Assembly: GCA_017610445.1 (NCBI GenBank)
Contig: JAFCCB010000004.1
Span: 1 to 48,062 of the forward strand
From: Candidatus Dojkabacteria bacterium
GTDB lineage: Archaea; Nanobdellota; Nanobdellia; Pacearchaeales; GW2011-AR1
DNA length: 48,062 nucleotides
Direction: 5' to 3'
Each line of letters begins with the position of its first letter. Position 1 is the first letter of the stretch. The notes under the pieces are model-generated. The model made no database searches. It had not been told where the DNA came from and was given only the letters and a program-made list of their open reading frames with translations. Shown here piece after piece: positions 1 through 9,759 of the stretch. Both the position numbers and the translations under genes were made by a program.

Positions 1-552
1 TCAACCACCCCCAATCACTTCTTCTCTCTTTTTCAATTCTTTATCTTTCAAATGGAAATACTCAAAAAAATCATTACTCAATTTTAATTCCTTGGTATGC
101 CCCATTTTCTTTCCAACAACAAGCCCGTTTTCAATAAATTTTTTGACATGCTCATAAGCTTTATTCCCTCTAATCTTAATAATAACACTCTGTTTTACTG
201 GCTGTTTATATGCAATCACAGCAAGAGTTTCCTGCTCAGCTTTATTAAACTCTGCATTTCCAGTAGCAAGTTTGTTAATCATTCCAATATATTCCTGCCT
301 AACATCCATCTTCCACATATTCCCTTTTTTAACAATCTCAATCCCAGAATCTTTTTGATTGTATTTCTCAATTAATCTCTCAATCAATTCTTTAAGCATA
401 AATGGATTAATATTAGTCAGCATAACAAGTTCTTGTAATCCAAGAAACCTCCCTGCAATAAACAAAGCTGCCTCTATTTTTTTCATTCCTTTAATCTCCT
501 TTGCTTCATCTAATTCTTCTGCTGTATCAGATGTAACATGCTCTTTTTCCAT
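1..552 (-). CDS. scpB: SMC-Scp complex subunit ScpB
   Basis: IEAALF start motif and ETLAVIAYKQPV...IIKIRG, typical of ScpB; stop codon at 1-3. Confidence 0.9.
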   Translation of the reverse strand: MEKEHVTSDTAEELDEAKEIKGMKKIEAALFIAGRFLGLQELVMLTNINPFMLKELIERLIEKYNQKDSGIEIVKKGNMWKMDVRQEYIGMINKLATGNAEFNKAEQETLAVIAYKQPVKQSVIIKIRGNKAYEHVKKFIENGLVVGKKMGHTKELKLSNDFFEYFHLKDKELKKREEVIGGG

Positions 553-687
553 TAATAATTTAAGAACAAAGGGATTTTAAAGATTGTGATTAACAAATAA
601 CAATAAGTTTTAAAAATTTTTAAAAGGCAGGTATATTATGGATTAAATATTTTCTATAGAAACATTTATATATCCTAAAGAACATTT

Positions 688-1236
688 ATGTTTATTATGA
701 AACAAAAAAGTATCCTTAAATCCAGTATTTGGAAAGTTTTTGAAGTTTTTATAGATGAACCTTTAAGAATTCATTATATTAAAGAGATTTCAAGAAAAAT
801 AAATCTTGCTCCAACATCTATTAAAAAACATATTAAAGATTTAGAAAACCAAAAGTTAATTACAACAAAAAAAGGTGAAAGATTTAGGGGATATATTGCA
901 AATAGAGAGAATACCTCTTTTTTATTTTATAAAAAAATCTTCAATCTTATGAAAATTAAAGAATCAGATTTAATAGATTATTTAATAACTTCTTTATATC
1001 CTAAAACTATTATTTTATATGGTTCTTTTTTTAGGGGAGAAGATGTTAAAGAAAGTGATATTGATTTATTAATAATTTCAAAAACAAAAAAAAGATTAGA
1101 ATTAAAAAAATTTGAAAAAATTCTTAATCGGAAAATTCATATAATCATAAAAGAAAAATTAAAAAAACTGCCTGAAAATCTTCAATTAGAAATAATTAAT
1201 GGAGAAGTTTTATATGGATATTTAAAAAATGAATAA
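688..1236 (+). CDS. wHTH + minimal nucleotidyltransferase (MNT) antitoxin
   Basis: N-terminal HTH (IKEISRKINLAPTSIKKHIKDL); YGSFFRGE...SDIDL NTase motif; overlaps the next ORF. Confidence 0.8.
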   Translation: MFIMKQKSILKSSIWKVFEVFIDEPLRIHYIKEISRKINLAPTSIKKHIKDLENQKLITTKKGERFRGYIANRENTSFLFYKKIFNLMKIKESDLIDYLITSLYPKTIILYGSFFRGEDVKESDIDLLIISKTKKRLELKKFEKILNRKIHIIIKEKLKKLPENLQLEIINGEVLYGYLKNE

Positions 1237-1627
1237 TGAAATATTTAAAATAAGTAAAAATAAAATTAGAATCAAATCTTTAATAGAAATGGCTAAAGAA
1301 AGATTTAATGATATTAACAAAGAAACTAAAACTTATAAAATAATTGAAGAATATTATGAGATAATAAAAGAATTAATTACTGCTTTAATGTATTCTAATG
1401 GGTTTAAAACTTTAAGTCATAAAATGCTTATTGTTTATTTAGAACAAAATTACAAAGAATTTGATAAATCTCAAATAATTTTAATTGATGAATTAAGAAA
1501 ATTAAGGAATAATATTCTTTATTATGGGCAAAAAATAGAAAAAGAATTTCTTATAAATAATGAAAACGATATTAAATTAATAATAAATAAATTGTTTAAA
1601 ATTGTAAAATTATCATTTAAATCTTAA
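1229..1627 (+). CDS. HEPN-like protein, partner toxin of MNT
   Basis: All-helical 132 aa ORF coupled to MNT; LRKLRNNILYYG variant of the HEPN R-x4-6-H motif. Confidence 0.7.
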   Translation: MNNEIFKISKNKIRIKSLIEMAKERFNDINKETKTYKIIEEYYEIIKELITALMYSNGFKTLSHKMLIVYLEQNYKEFDKSQIILIDELRKLRNNILYYGQKIEKEFLINNENDIKLIINKLFKIVKLSFKS

Positions 1628-2705
1628 ACCTCAAAATCGCCCCAATCCCCCCCAAGTTCCAAAACTCCCCGCCTTCTTCTGTATCAACTGAAATTAACTC
1701 AACCTTAACACTTGTCTCACTTGCTTTTTTCTCAAACTTTTTGATGTCAGATTTTTTCAGTTTCTTAGACAAAAACAAAGTATCAACAGCCCCAAATTTC
1801 AGCGCTTTTTCAACTTCTTTCACACCATAAACAGTTTTATCCCTCTCTTTCCCAAGCATATTAAAAAATTTCTCTAAAATTTTTTTCTCATAAATAATCT
1901 CCTGCTCAGCCAAAACATCTCCAGAACACTCAACCAGCAAATCCAATCCATGCTCATCAGCATAACCAATATCTTTTACAGCAATTACTTTCTCCTGCAA
2001 AGCAGTAACCAAATTCCCTTCTTTTAAAAAATCCTCTTTTGTTGGTCCAGGCCCGCCGACTAAAATCCCTTTCAAATTCTTCATATCAAAAAATTCCTCT
2101 TTCATCACCTTTGCAATTTTCCTAAAAAATTCCTTAGCCATATTATCCCTAATTCTGCTGTAACGTGCTGCACTTTGCCCCCCTTTATTTGTCTTTCCAG
2201 GAACCATAGAATCAAATTTCTGCAAAACTTTTATTTTCTTTCCAACAAGCAATCCAATTGTAGCTTCATTTCTCTCAATCACAACCAATCCATAAACCTC
2301 TTTAACTTCAAGCATTTCATCTAAAGGTTCTAAAACAAAAGTCTGGTCGCACCTGTACAATCTTACATTTAATTCTTCACCAGGCTCAAAAACCTCTGTA
2401 ATAAAATTATCCTGCCCTTCTACCTTAGAAACATTCCCAGCAAATAAAACAACACCATTTTTAGGAGTTTTCTTCATTCCTTTAGTTAATCTAATCAAGC
2501 TCTCTAAAGCATCTTTCACATTTTTCCTTGTAGTCGTGCTCTTAATATTTGTTGCAGTAGATTTCTCACTCTCAATTTGTTTAGTAATAAGATTAATATC
2601 AAAACCAGCAGGAACATAAACACTAATAAGTTCAGTATGCCTTGCTTTATACTCTTTCATCTCATCTAAAAATTCTTCCAATTTTAATTTATCTGCTTCT
2701 TCCAT
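1617..2705 (-). CDS. prf1: Peptide chain release factor aRF1
   Basis: TELISVYVP, ATNIKS, YRCD, GGQSAARY and C-terminal GGIGAILRF motifs. Confidence 0.97.
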   Translation of the reverse strand: MEEADKLKLEEFLDEMKEYKARHTELISVYVPAGFDINLITKQIESEKSTATNIKSTTTRKNVKDALESLIRLTKGMKKTPKNGVVLFAGNVSKVEGQDNFITEVFEPGEELNVRLYRCDQTFVLEPLDEMLEVKEVYGLVVIERNEATIGLLVGKKIKVLQKFDSMVPGKTNKGGQSAARYSRIRDNMAKEFFRKIAKVMKEEFFDMKNLKGILVGGPGPTKEDFLKEGNLVTALQEKVIAVKDIGYADEHGLDLLVECSGDVLAEQEIIYEKKILEKFFNMLGKERDKTVYGVKEVEKALKFGAVDTLFLSKKLKKSDIKKFEKKASETSVKVELISVDTEEGGEFWNLGGIGAILRFKI

Positions 2706-2830
2706 TTTATTTTTTATCTAAATCTTTTAATATTTTAAGATTTATTATGAGTAGTTTAATCTTCTCATCTCTCAAACTTAAATTCTTGTGAGATATTAGT
2801 TATGTAATTTAATATAGAAAAGCTTTTATA

Positions 2831-3130
2831 ATGTTTTCTGTGCACAAATCCATGACAACAAAATTAACCCTACAACAAAAACAAGATATCAGAAATCTAA
2901 CATTAATTAAAAGAATTCAAGAAAAAAGAAAAAATATTGCAATACCTTATGCAATTAAAATCTGCTCAACACGCCCTTCAGAAGTACATAAACAAAAAAT
3001 AATAGATTTAGATAATGATTTACAAATTTCACATCCAGAATACAAAACATTAACAGCAAAAATGCTTGAGATATATAATAGATTATCAAAACCTACTCAA
3101 CAAATTTTATCCCAAATTCCCCTTCCTTAA
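2831..3130 (+). CDS. Hypothetical protein; its C-terminus lies inside the duplicated valS segment
   Basis: 99 aa ORF with no recognised motif; BRE/TATA-like agaaaagcttttata just upstream. Confidence 0.45.
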   Translation: MFSVHKSMTTKLTLQQKQDIRNLTLIKRIQEKRKNIAIPYAIKICSTRPSEVHKQKIIDLDNDLQISHPEYKTLTAKMLEIYNRLSKPTQQILSQIPLP

Positions 3131-3166
3131 TCTCTTTAGCATTCATAACATCTTTCAAATCTTCAA
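3113..3166. repeat. 54-bp perfect direct repeat, copy 1 (duplicate of the valS 3' end)
   Basis: caaattccccttccttaatctctttagcattcataacatctttcaaatcttcaa is identical to 4667..4720. Confidence 0.95.
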
Positions 3167-3201
3167 GCAAGTCTTTTAAAAGAAACCATATTCCATAAGA
3201 A

Positions 3202-4572
3202 TTATACAATATATTTATCATTATATTTACTTAACAAATCCTTTTGATATTCTCTATTTTTATTAAGAGTATTATAAACATCTTTATCTTCTTCCAAAAT
3301 ATAATTTTCCAAAGATTTTTCTTCCTTATGTCCAACATATTTATCATAACTATGAAGTAAATCATTTAATCCCCCACCCCTTTCTGCAACTTTTCTTATT
3401 GGTTCTGGAACCAATCTGCAACTATCCCTTAAAACTTCAAAAACTTCTAAAAATTTTGAAAAATCAATGCCATTAGCAATTTCAGATGTTCTGATTCCTG
3501 TTCTTCTTTCTTCCTCATAACCTGCTTCAAAACCATTAATAAATCCTTCTCTACACTGAAGATAACCAGCATATACATTTTGTCCATGTAAAAAACCCAT
3601 TTTTATATCCCTCAAACTTATTGGTCCAGCTTTTGCACTATTTTTAATAGTTTCATATTCTCTTTTCTGCATTTCTCTTATTTCAGATTTTGAAAAATCC
3701 CTAATATCGCCAGAAGCATCAAAATCTACAAATCCTAATTTTACTTTATTTGTTCCATTATAAAGAACAATATTTCCTATATGTGCATTGCTTCTACCAT
3801 TATCTGCACTCCAAGTTTGATTATTTTTATCCATTAATTTTTTTAATCTCCCAGTGGCAAAACCCATATCATAATACAAATTCCTTATAGCAAAATATAA
3901 TTCACCTCCTTTACTATTCAGAGGTAATTCTCTTTTACCTTCTCCATTAACTCTGTGAATAAAATAATTTTCAATTAAAAACATAAACTCATCTAATCTA
4001 GTATCTCCTTCTACTTCAACAACAGAAGCAGCTAATTTTCTTCCCCTTACTTTTGTTGGGTAATGCCAATATCCTTTACATTTCATAATAGGGATAATGC
4101 CCTCATTCTCAAGAACTTTATTAAACTTATCAGACATTCTTTTTTCAAATCTAGCAGATTGTAATGGTTGTCCTCCAAAAACTTCATAATCTCCATTATC
4201 ATATTCTTGAACTACTGGCTCTTTAGGATTAAATGAAACACCTTTTAATCTATACAACCCACCATTACCATTTGAAACCAACACAGACCTATACCCACTC
4301 CAAATTCCAGTTAAAGTTATTTTATCTAAATATTTTCTAACAAGGTTTTTTTGCTGTCTATTAGTAATTTGGAGATGGTTATCAATTTCAGAATAATCTT
4401 CTTGCTTTGCAATAATCAAATCATCATTAGGTATTCTTTTCTGAATCATCTTAACTTCAAAATCAGGAACAACTCTTGGAGATTTAAGAATTTTTGGCAC
4501 ACCACTATCTAATTCTGCTCTTCCTTCTGTCTTCATTAATTGGGTGGTGTCTCTCTTAATTAATAATCTCAT
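3202..4572 (-). CDS. Protein-kinase-like fold protein, possible pseudokinase
   Basis: LYRLKG (beta3 Lys), NAHIGNIVL (catalytic loop with N in the Asp position), FVDFD (DFG equivalent). Confidence 0.5.
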   Translation of the reverse strand: MRLLIKRDTTQLMKTEGRAELDSGVPKILKSPRVVPDFEVKMIQKRIPNDDLIIAKQEDYSEIDNHLQITNRQQKNLVRKYLDKITLTGIWSGYRSVLVSNGNGGLYRLKGVSFNPKEPVVQEYDNGDYEVFGGQPLQSARFEKRMSDKFNKVLENEGIIPIMKCKGYWHYPTKVRGRKLAASVVEVEGDTRLDEFMFLIENYFIHRVNGEGKRELPLNSKGGELYFAIRNLYYDMGFATGRLKKLMDKNNQTWSADNGRSNAHIGNIVLYNGTNKVKLGFVDFDASGDIRDFSKSEIREMQKREYETIKNSAKAGPISLRDIKMGFLHGQNVYAGYLQCREGFINGFEAGYEEERRTGIRTSEIANGIDFSKFLEVFEVLRDSCRLVPEPIRKVAERGGGLNDLLHSYDKYVGHKEEKSLENYILEEDKDVYNTLNKNREYQKDLLSKYNDKYIV

Positions 4573-4649
4573 CTTAATTATTCATCACAGAACTCTTATT
4601 CCCTTTCAGGTTAATTTAACAAGAAATATTCTCTTTTTAAAGCTTTCTT

Positions 4650-6992
4650 TTAAACAAACTCAACCTCAAATTCCCCTTCCTTAATCTCTTTAGCATTCAT
4701 AACATCTTTCAAATCTTCAATCATCCCGCCCAATCTCTTAATATCTTTCTTATCCAAACTTAAAACAATCTCAGATTTCATTGATTTTTTAGCTTTTGTT
4801 TTCTCCTGTCTAATCTTACTCAAAATCTCAACAAACAAATCTCCAGCCCCTAACTCCCCCCCGCTGTCAATCTTCTCAAACAAACTTAAATGAATACTTT
4901 TATCTCCTTCTATTTTTCTGTAATGCTTTTGATAAATCTCTTCTGTAATAAACGGCATTATCGGAGCAATTAACTTCAAAATAGAAAGCAATACTTTATA
5001 CAAAACATATTGGGCAGATTCTTTGCCTTTTTTATTTTGGTAAATCCGCGTCTTTACAATCTCTAAATAATTATCACAAAAATCATGCCAAAAAAAATTC
5101 TCAATTATTCTTTTAGCTCCAGCAATATTATATTTAATATATTTTTTTTCTGCTTTCTCACTTATCTCCTTGATTTTTTGCAACATCCATTTATCAATAG
5201 CATAAAGCACAGGCTTCTTGCCATTATAATCTTTTAAATTCATAAAAACAAAATTACCAGCATTATGCAATTTTGTAATAAATCTTTTTCCTGCAATTAA
5301 ATCCTGTTCATTAAAAGGCAAATCACTTCCAACACTTGCTCCACCAACCCAGTATCTAAAAACATCAACACTATATTTCTCAATCATTTTATCAGCCCAA
5401 ACAGCATTTCCTTTGCTTTTGCTCATTCCATGTCCTTTTTCATCTAAAATAAAAGTTCCAACCATTAAATCTTTCCAGGGAATCCTGTTAAATAATAAAT
5501 AACTTTTTAATATTGTATAAAAAGCCCAGGTTCTAATAATATCATGTGACTGAGGACGCAGACTCATTGGTGCTAATTTTTTATATTGTTCTGGTTTTTC
5601 TAACCATCTTAATGCAATTTCAGGACTTTGAGAAGAAGTTACCCAAGTATCAAAAACATCTTGCTCTGGAATTCCATTCCCACCGCATTTGCATTTTCTT
5701 TTTATTTGCAAAGGGTCAAGAGGTAATTCTTTTTCATCAGGCAAAATAACTTTCCCGCACTTATCACAATACCAAACAGGAATAGGAACACCATAATATC
5801 TTTGTCTTGAAATCGTCCAATCCCAAGCCAAATTCTTAATCCAATCATTATATCTAACTTTCATAAACTTAGGATACCAATTAATTTTGTTTCCCATCTC
5901 TAATAATTTTTTCTTGTGCTTTAAAGTATGAATCAGCCATTGCTCTGTAACAATATATTCAACAGGAGTGCCACATCTCCAACAACTCCCAACAGTCTGT
6001 TCTAATGGTTCTTGTTTTTTCAACCTGCCTTGTTTTTTCAATTCTTCAAGAATAGCCTGTCTGCCCTCTTTCAAATCTAACCCAGCAAATTTACCTGCAT
6101 TTTCATTTAACTTCCCTTTTTTATCTACTGAAATTTTCAAATCAAGCTTATATTTTTTATACCATTCAATATCTGTATTATCCCCAAAAGTACAAACCAT
6201 TACAATTCCTGTTCCAAAATCTTTCTCAACTTTTTCATCAGCTCTAACTTCAACCTCATAATTAAAAATAGGAACTAAAATCTGTTTTCCAATTAAAGAT
6301 TTATGTCTCTTATCAGCTGGATTAACAAAAATCCCAACACAAGAACTTAATAATTCAGGACGAGTTGTAGCAATCAAAATTTTTTTATCTTTACCAAACT
6401 CAATATAATTTAATTTAGTTGTCCTTTTCAAATCTTCAACTTCTGCTTGAGCAAGTGCTGTTTCATGATAAGGGCACCAAATAGTCGGCTCTTTTGCCCT
6501 ATAACATTCTTTTTTCTTAATCAATTTTAAAAAACTAGTCTGAGCAACTTTTTGTGCTTCAGGACTAATTGTTGTATAAAGCAAATCCCAATCATAACTA
6601 TGCCCAAGTTTCTTTAACACTTTTTCCTTATAAATATCTTCAATCTTTTTAGATTCTTTCAAACATAATTTTCTAAACTCTGTTCTATTTGTCTTTGCCT
6701 TATTTATCTTAAGTTTTTCCTCAACATATTTTTCAGTAGGCAAACCATTATTATCAAAACCAGGAGCAAAATAAACATTATAACCTAACATTCTCCTGAC
6801 TCTTGCAATAATCTCAAATTGTGTATAATGTAAAGCATGCCCAACATGCAAGTGTCCTGCAGAAGCATATGGTGGAGGTGTATCTATAGAGTAAACTTCT
6901 CCTTTTTTCTTAGGATTAAATTTATAAATCTTCTCACGCTCCCAAAAATCACGAATTCTGCCTTCAACTTCTTTTGAATTATATTTATTCAT
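4650..6992 (-). CDS. valS: Valine--tRNA ligase
   Basis: IDTPPPY, HVGH, ATTRPE, GTGIVMVCTFGD editing domain, ISRQRYYG, MSKSKGN. Confidence 0.96.
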   Translation of the reverse strand: MNKYNSKEVEGRIRDFWEREKIYKFNPKKKGEVYSIDTPPPYASAGHLHVGHALHYTQFEIIARVRRMLGYNVYFAPGFDNNGLPTEKYVEEKLKINKAKTNRTEFRKLCLKESKKIEDIYKEKVLKKLGHSYDWDLLYTTISPEAQKVAQTSFLKLIKKKECYRAKEPTIWCPYHETALAQAEVEDLKRTTKLNYIEFGKDKKILIATTRPELLSSCVGIFVNPADKRHKSLIGKQILVPIFNYEVEVRADEKVEKDFGTGIVMVCTFGDNTDIEWYKKYKLDLKISVDKKGKLNENAGKFAGLDLKEGRQAILEELKKQGRLKKQEPLEQTVGSCWRCGTPVEYIVTEQWLIHTLKHKKKLLEMGNKINWYPKFMKVRYNDWIKNLAWDWTISRQRYYGVPIPVWYCDKCGKVILPDEKELPLDPLQIKRKCKCGGNGIPEQDVFDTWVTSSQSPEIALRWLEKPEQYKKLAPMSLRPQSHDIIRTWAFYTILKSYLLFNRIPWKDLMVGTFILDEKGHGMSKSKGNAVWADKMIEKYSVDVFRYWVGGASVGSDLPFNEQDLIAGKRFITKLHNAGNFVFMNLKDYNGKKPVLYAIDKWMLQKIKEISEKAEKKYIKYNIAGAKRIIENFFWHDFCDNYLEIVKTRIYQNKKGKESAQYVLYKVLLSILKLIAPIMPFITEEIYQKHYRKIEGDKSIHLSLFEKIDSGGELGAGDLFVEILSKIRQEKTKAKKSMKSEIVLSLDKKDIKRLGGMIEDLKDVMNAKEIKEGEFEVEFV
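4667..4720. repeat. 54-bp perfect direct repeat, copy 2 (within the valS 3' end)
   Basis: Identical to 3113..3166. Confidence 0.95.
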
Positions 6993-7050
6993 ATATTTAT
7001 TTAAACAATAACCTTTTTAAATAATATCCTACAATAAATCTTATAATAAA

Positions 7051-7218
7051 ATGGCAAATCAAGGAATACATATGCCTTCTTCAGGCGGGGGTTTAATGCG
7101 TTATAATGAAGAATACAACAGCAGATTCAAGCTTAAACCTTCTCATATAGTTTTGTTCATAATAGGAATTATTGCCTTTGTTGTAATTTTAAAAATCTTT
7201 TTCCCAATTGGAGGATGA
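7051..7218 (+). CDS. secG: Preprotein translocase subunit Sec61beta (not in the ORF track)
   Basis: Translated by hand: MANQGIHMPSSGGGLMRYNEEYNSRFKLKPSHIVLFIIGIIAFVVILKIFFPIGG; GLMRY motif plus one C-terminal TM helix. Confidence 0.9.
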   Translation: MANQGIHMPSSGGGLMRYNEEYNSRFKLKPSHIVLFIIGIIAFVVILKIFFPIGG

Positions 7219-7440
7219 AATGAAATTAGAATATTTATTAATACCTGTGATTATTAGGATAAAAACACCTCCCAAGCTCAAGAAAGTAATTTACAAGCCC
7301 ATAAACCAATAGATAATACAATCCCAATTTCCCAACCTAAAGAACTTAAAAAAGAAAAAAATTATTAAGAAATAAACACAATATTACAAAAACAAAATAA
7401 AGTTTTAAATAAAATAAAAATTAAATATAATAAATAAAAA

Positions 7441-7767
7441 ATGTTCCCAGGATTAAACCCAAAAAAAATGCAGCAAATGATGAAAAAAATGGGCATAGCT
7501 CAGCAGGAAATTCCTGCAAACAAAGTAACAATAGAAACAAGCGACAAAAATATAATAATCAGCAATCCTTCTGTAATAAAAATCAATATGCAGGGACAAA
7601 CTAATTTCCAAATCTCAGGGGATGTAAGTGAAGAAGAAAAACAAGATAACACAGAACAAGACATTAAAACAATAATGGAAAAAATAGGTTGCTTAGAACA
7701 AGAAGCAAAACAAGCATTAGAAAAAACAGGTGGAGATTTAACAGAAGCAATTTTGAGTTTAAGTTAA
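7441..7767 (+). CDS. nac: Nascent polypeptide-associated complex protein
   Basis: NPKKMQQMMKKMGI start; UBA-like end AKQALEKTGGDLTEAILSL. Confidence 0.93.
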   Translation: MFPGLNPKKMQQMMKKMGIAQQEIPANKVTIETSDKNIIISNPSVIKINMQGQTNFQISGDVSEEEKQDNTEQDIKTIMEKIGCLEQEAKQALEKTGGDLTEAILSLS

Positions 7768-8102
7768 TAAAAAACGAGCAAATGATAACAAAAATAAAAA
7801 CAATAATGTTAGGAGCATCAGCATTTATAATACACTTTCTTTCTGTTTATGGTTTAAATTACAGAACCTTTTTATCAGATATTGCCTGCAAAAAACCAAA
7901 AACTAATTAATGAGCTCAAATAATAATTCTATTATACATAATTTTATTAATAATTTCTGCTTTATTTCTATATCAAAAACATCACTAACTTACAAAATAT
8001 GAGTTTAGGAAATAAAAAGTATACCAAAACAAAAATGCAGACAAACTCATTGCATAACCTAATAACTTATTGAATTACAAACAAAATAAAAAATCTAATA
8101 AT

Positions 8103-8570
8103 ATGGAAAAATTCCAGGAAAATCTGCAACAAGCCATCAAAGCCCTGCAAATAGCAGATCACATAACTTATGTTACTTTTCCTCTTGTAAATGACAGGCG
8201 CCTTTTATTAAAAATATTTGACGAAATTTACAAATCAATCACAAACTGCATAAATACTATACTCAACTATGAATACCTGTACAAAAGAATAAAACTCTAC
8301 TCAGATAATCAGGAAAATATCAGAACTTTCGCACAAAAATGCTCAAAAACTTACAACTTAAATAATGAACAGACAAAAAAAATTTTAGAAATCTTAGAAA
8401 TAAACAAAAAACACAAGCAAAGTGCAATGGAATTTGTAAAAAAAGATAAAATAGTTATCTTATCAGACACCCTAAAAACCCAAATTTTAGATATAAATAA
8501 AATAAAACAATATCTTTTATTGGCAAAAGAACTTCTAATGAATATAAATAATAAAATAAAAGTTAATTAA
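8103..8570 (+). CDS. Hypothetical helical protein (ADHxxYV motif)
   Basis: ATG at 8103 preferred over TTG 8070; IADHITYVTFPL resembles the N-terminus of 9760..10215. Confidence 0.65.
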   Translation: MEKFQENLQQAIKALQIADHITYVTFPLVNDRRLLLKIFDEIYKSITNCINTILNYEYLYKRIKLYSDNQENIRTFAQKCSKTYNLNNEQTKKILEILEINKKHKQSAMEFVKKDKIVILSDTLKTQILDINKIKQYLLLAKELLMNINNKIKVN

Positions 8571-8573
8571 AAA

Positions 8574-9095
8574 TTATTTCTTTGCATACTTCTTTAAATC
8601 TTTTAAAGATATAGAATAAGTATATTTACCATCCTCTGTAAACTTATGATTATCCAATCTTTCTTTTGCAATAATTTCATCTGGGCAAACAACAACTAAA
8701 ATACTCCTCATATAATTCTCTTCCGCATTCCAAGAAGTTTCAAATTTTCCATTTTTGAAATTTTTATCACAAAAAGTATTATCTTCTAATTCATAAATAG
8801 ACTTCCCACTTTTTTTGCTTATCCCTATTTTTTCTCTGTAAAATAACTTCCCAAAAACTAATCTTTTTTCAGGTTTGATAATAAAAGAAGTAATAACCTG
8901 GGGATTGAATTCTGGAATTTTTATTTTTTCCATAAAATTATTTATTCCTTTTGTGGTGTATTCTCCTTGTTTAGGTGCAATCCAAAAATCAGGCTTATGC
9001 CCATCATCTAAAGAATAATACCCTTTAAAATATTTAACTAAACTAATTTCTGGGTTTGTTTTCAATCCTTCTTCTAATGTTTCTAATAAACTCAT
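8574..9095 (-). CDS. Hypothetical protein
   Basis: 173 aa ORF with SD-like aggag and a TATA-like element upstream; no family recognised. Confidence 0.6.
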   Translation of the reverse strand: MSLLETLEEGLKTNPEISLVKYFKGYYSLDDGHKPDFWIAPKQGEYTTKGINNFMEKIKIPEFNPQVITSFIIKPEKRLVFGKLFYREKIGISKKSGKSIYELEDNTFCDKNFKNGKFETSWNAEENYMRSILVVVCPDEIIAKERLDNHKFTEDGKYTYSISLKDLKKYAKK

Positions 9096-9184
9096 TTTAA
9101 TTTCTCCTTAATTATCAAGAACTCTCTTTCCCAAAGGTAAAACTAATACAATTTAGTTATTTAAAAACCTTTCTAATTAAATAA

Positions 9185-9504
9185 TTAATTTTTGTTTTTT
9201 AAATCCTTATTTTCCTCTATTAAATTGTCTATTTCTTGTTTCATTTCTTCAGCACCTTCACTAATTTCTATTATTGTTTCATCGTAATCTTCTCTTAAGT
9301 CCTTAAATTCTTTATTAAAATACATCTTATAATTAAATTTCCAACAATATAAATAGTAGGTAATAAAATAACTAATATTGACAATATCTGAGAAGCATAA
9401 CCATTCCAAACATACGAGCAAATTATCAAATTTACTGAAACAAAAGTTGCTATTACTGTAATGATAATATCTAATTTAATTTTTCTGTCTAATCCTTCTA
9501 ACAT
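9185..9504 (-). pseudogene. Probable frameshifted membrane protein (2 TM helices + coiled coil)
   Basis: ORF 9295..9504 encodes two hydrophobic helices; a coiled-coil tail (KEFKDLREDYDE...) continues in another frame to 9185. Confidence 0.4.
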
Positions 9505-9759
9505 TCTAAGGTCTGTATTTTTTTAATTTTTTAAGACCTCTTTTAATTTTTCTATAACCAGTTATAGATTTTTTTACTTGTCTTTTTCCTTGAAGAATTT
9601 TTCTTTTTAACCCTTTTACTCTTATTTATAATAATCACAATTCTTTAAAAAACCACCAAAATTAATAATTTAATATTCTAACCAAAAATCAAAAATTAAA
9701 CAACATTTAAATATAACCCCTTCTTTTAATTTAAACCCTTTTTTAAAGAGGAGAGGATT

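Noticed and set aside
7689..8013. Membrane protein gene after nac
   Set aside because: Only short hydrophobic fragments broken by stops; possibly a relic, but too weak to call
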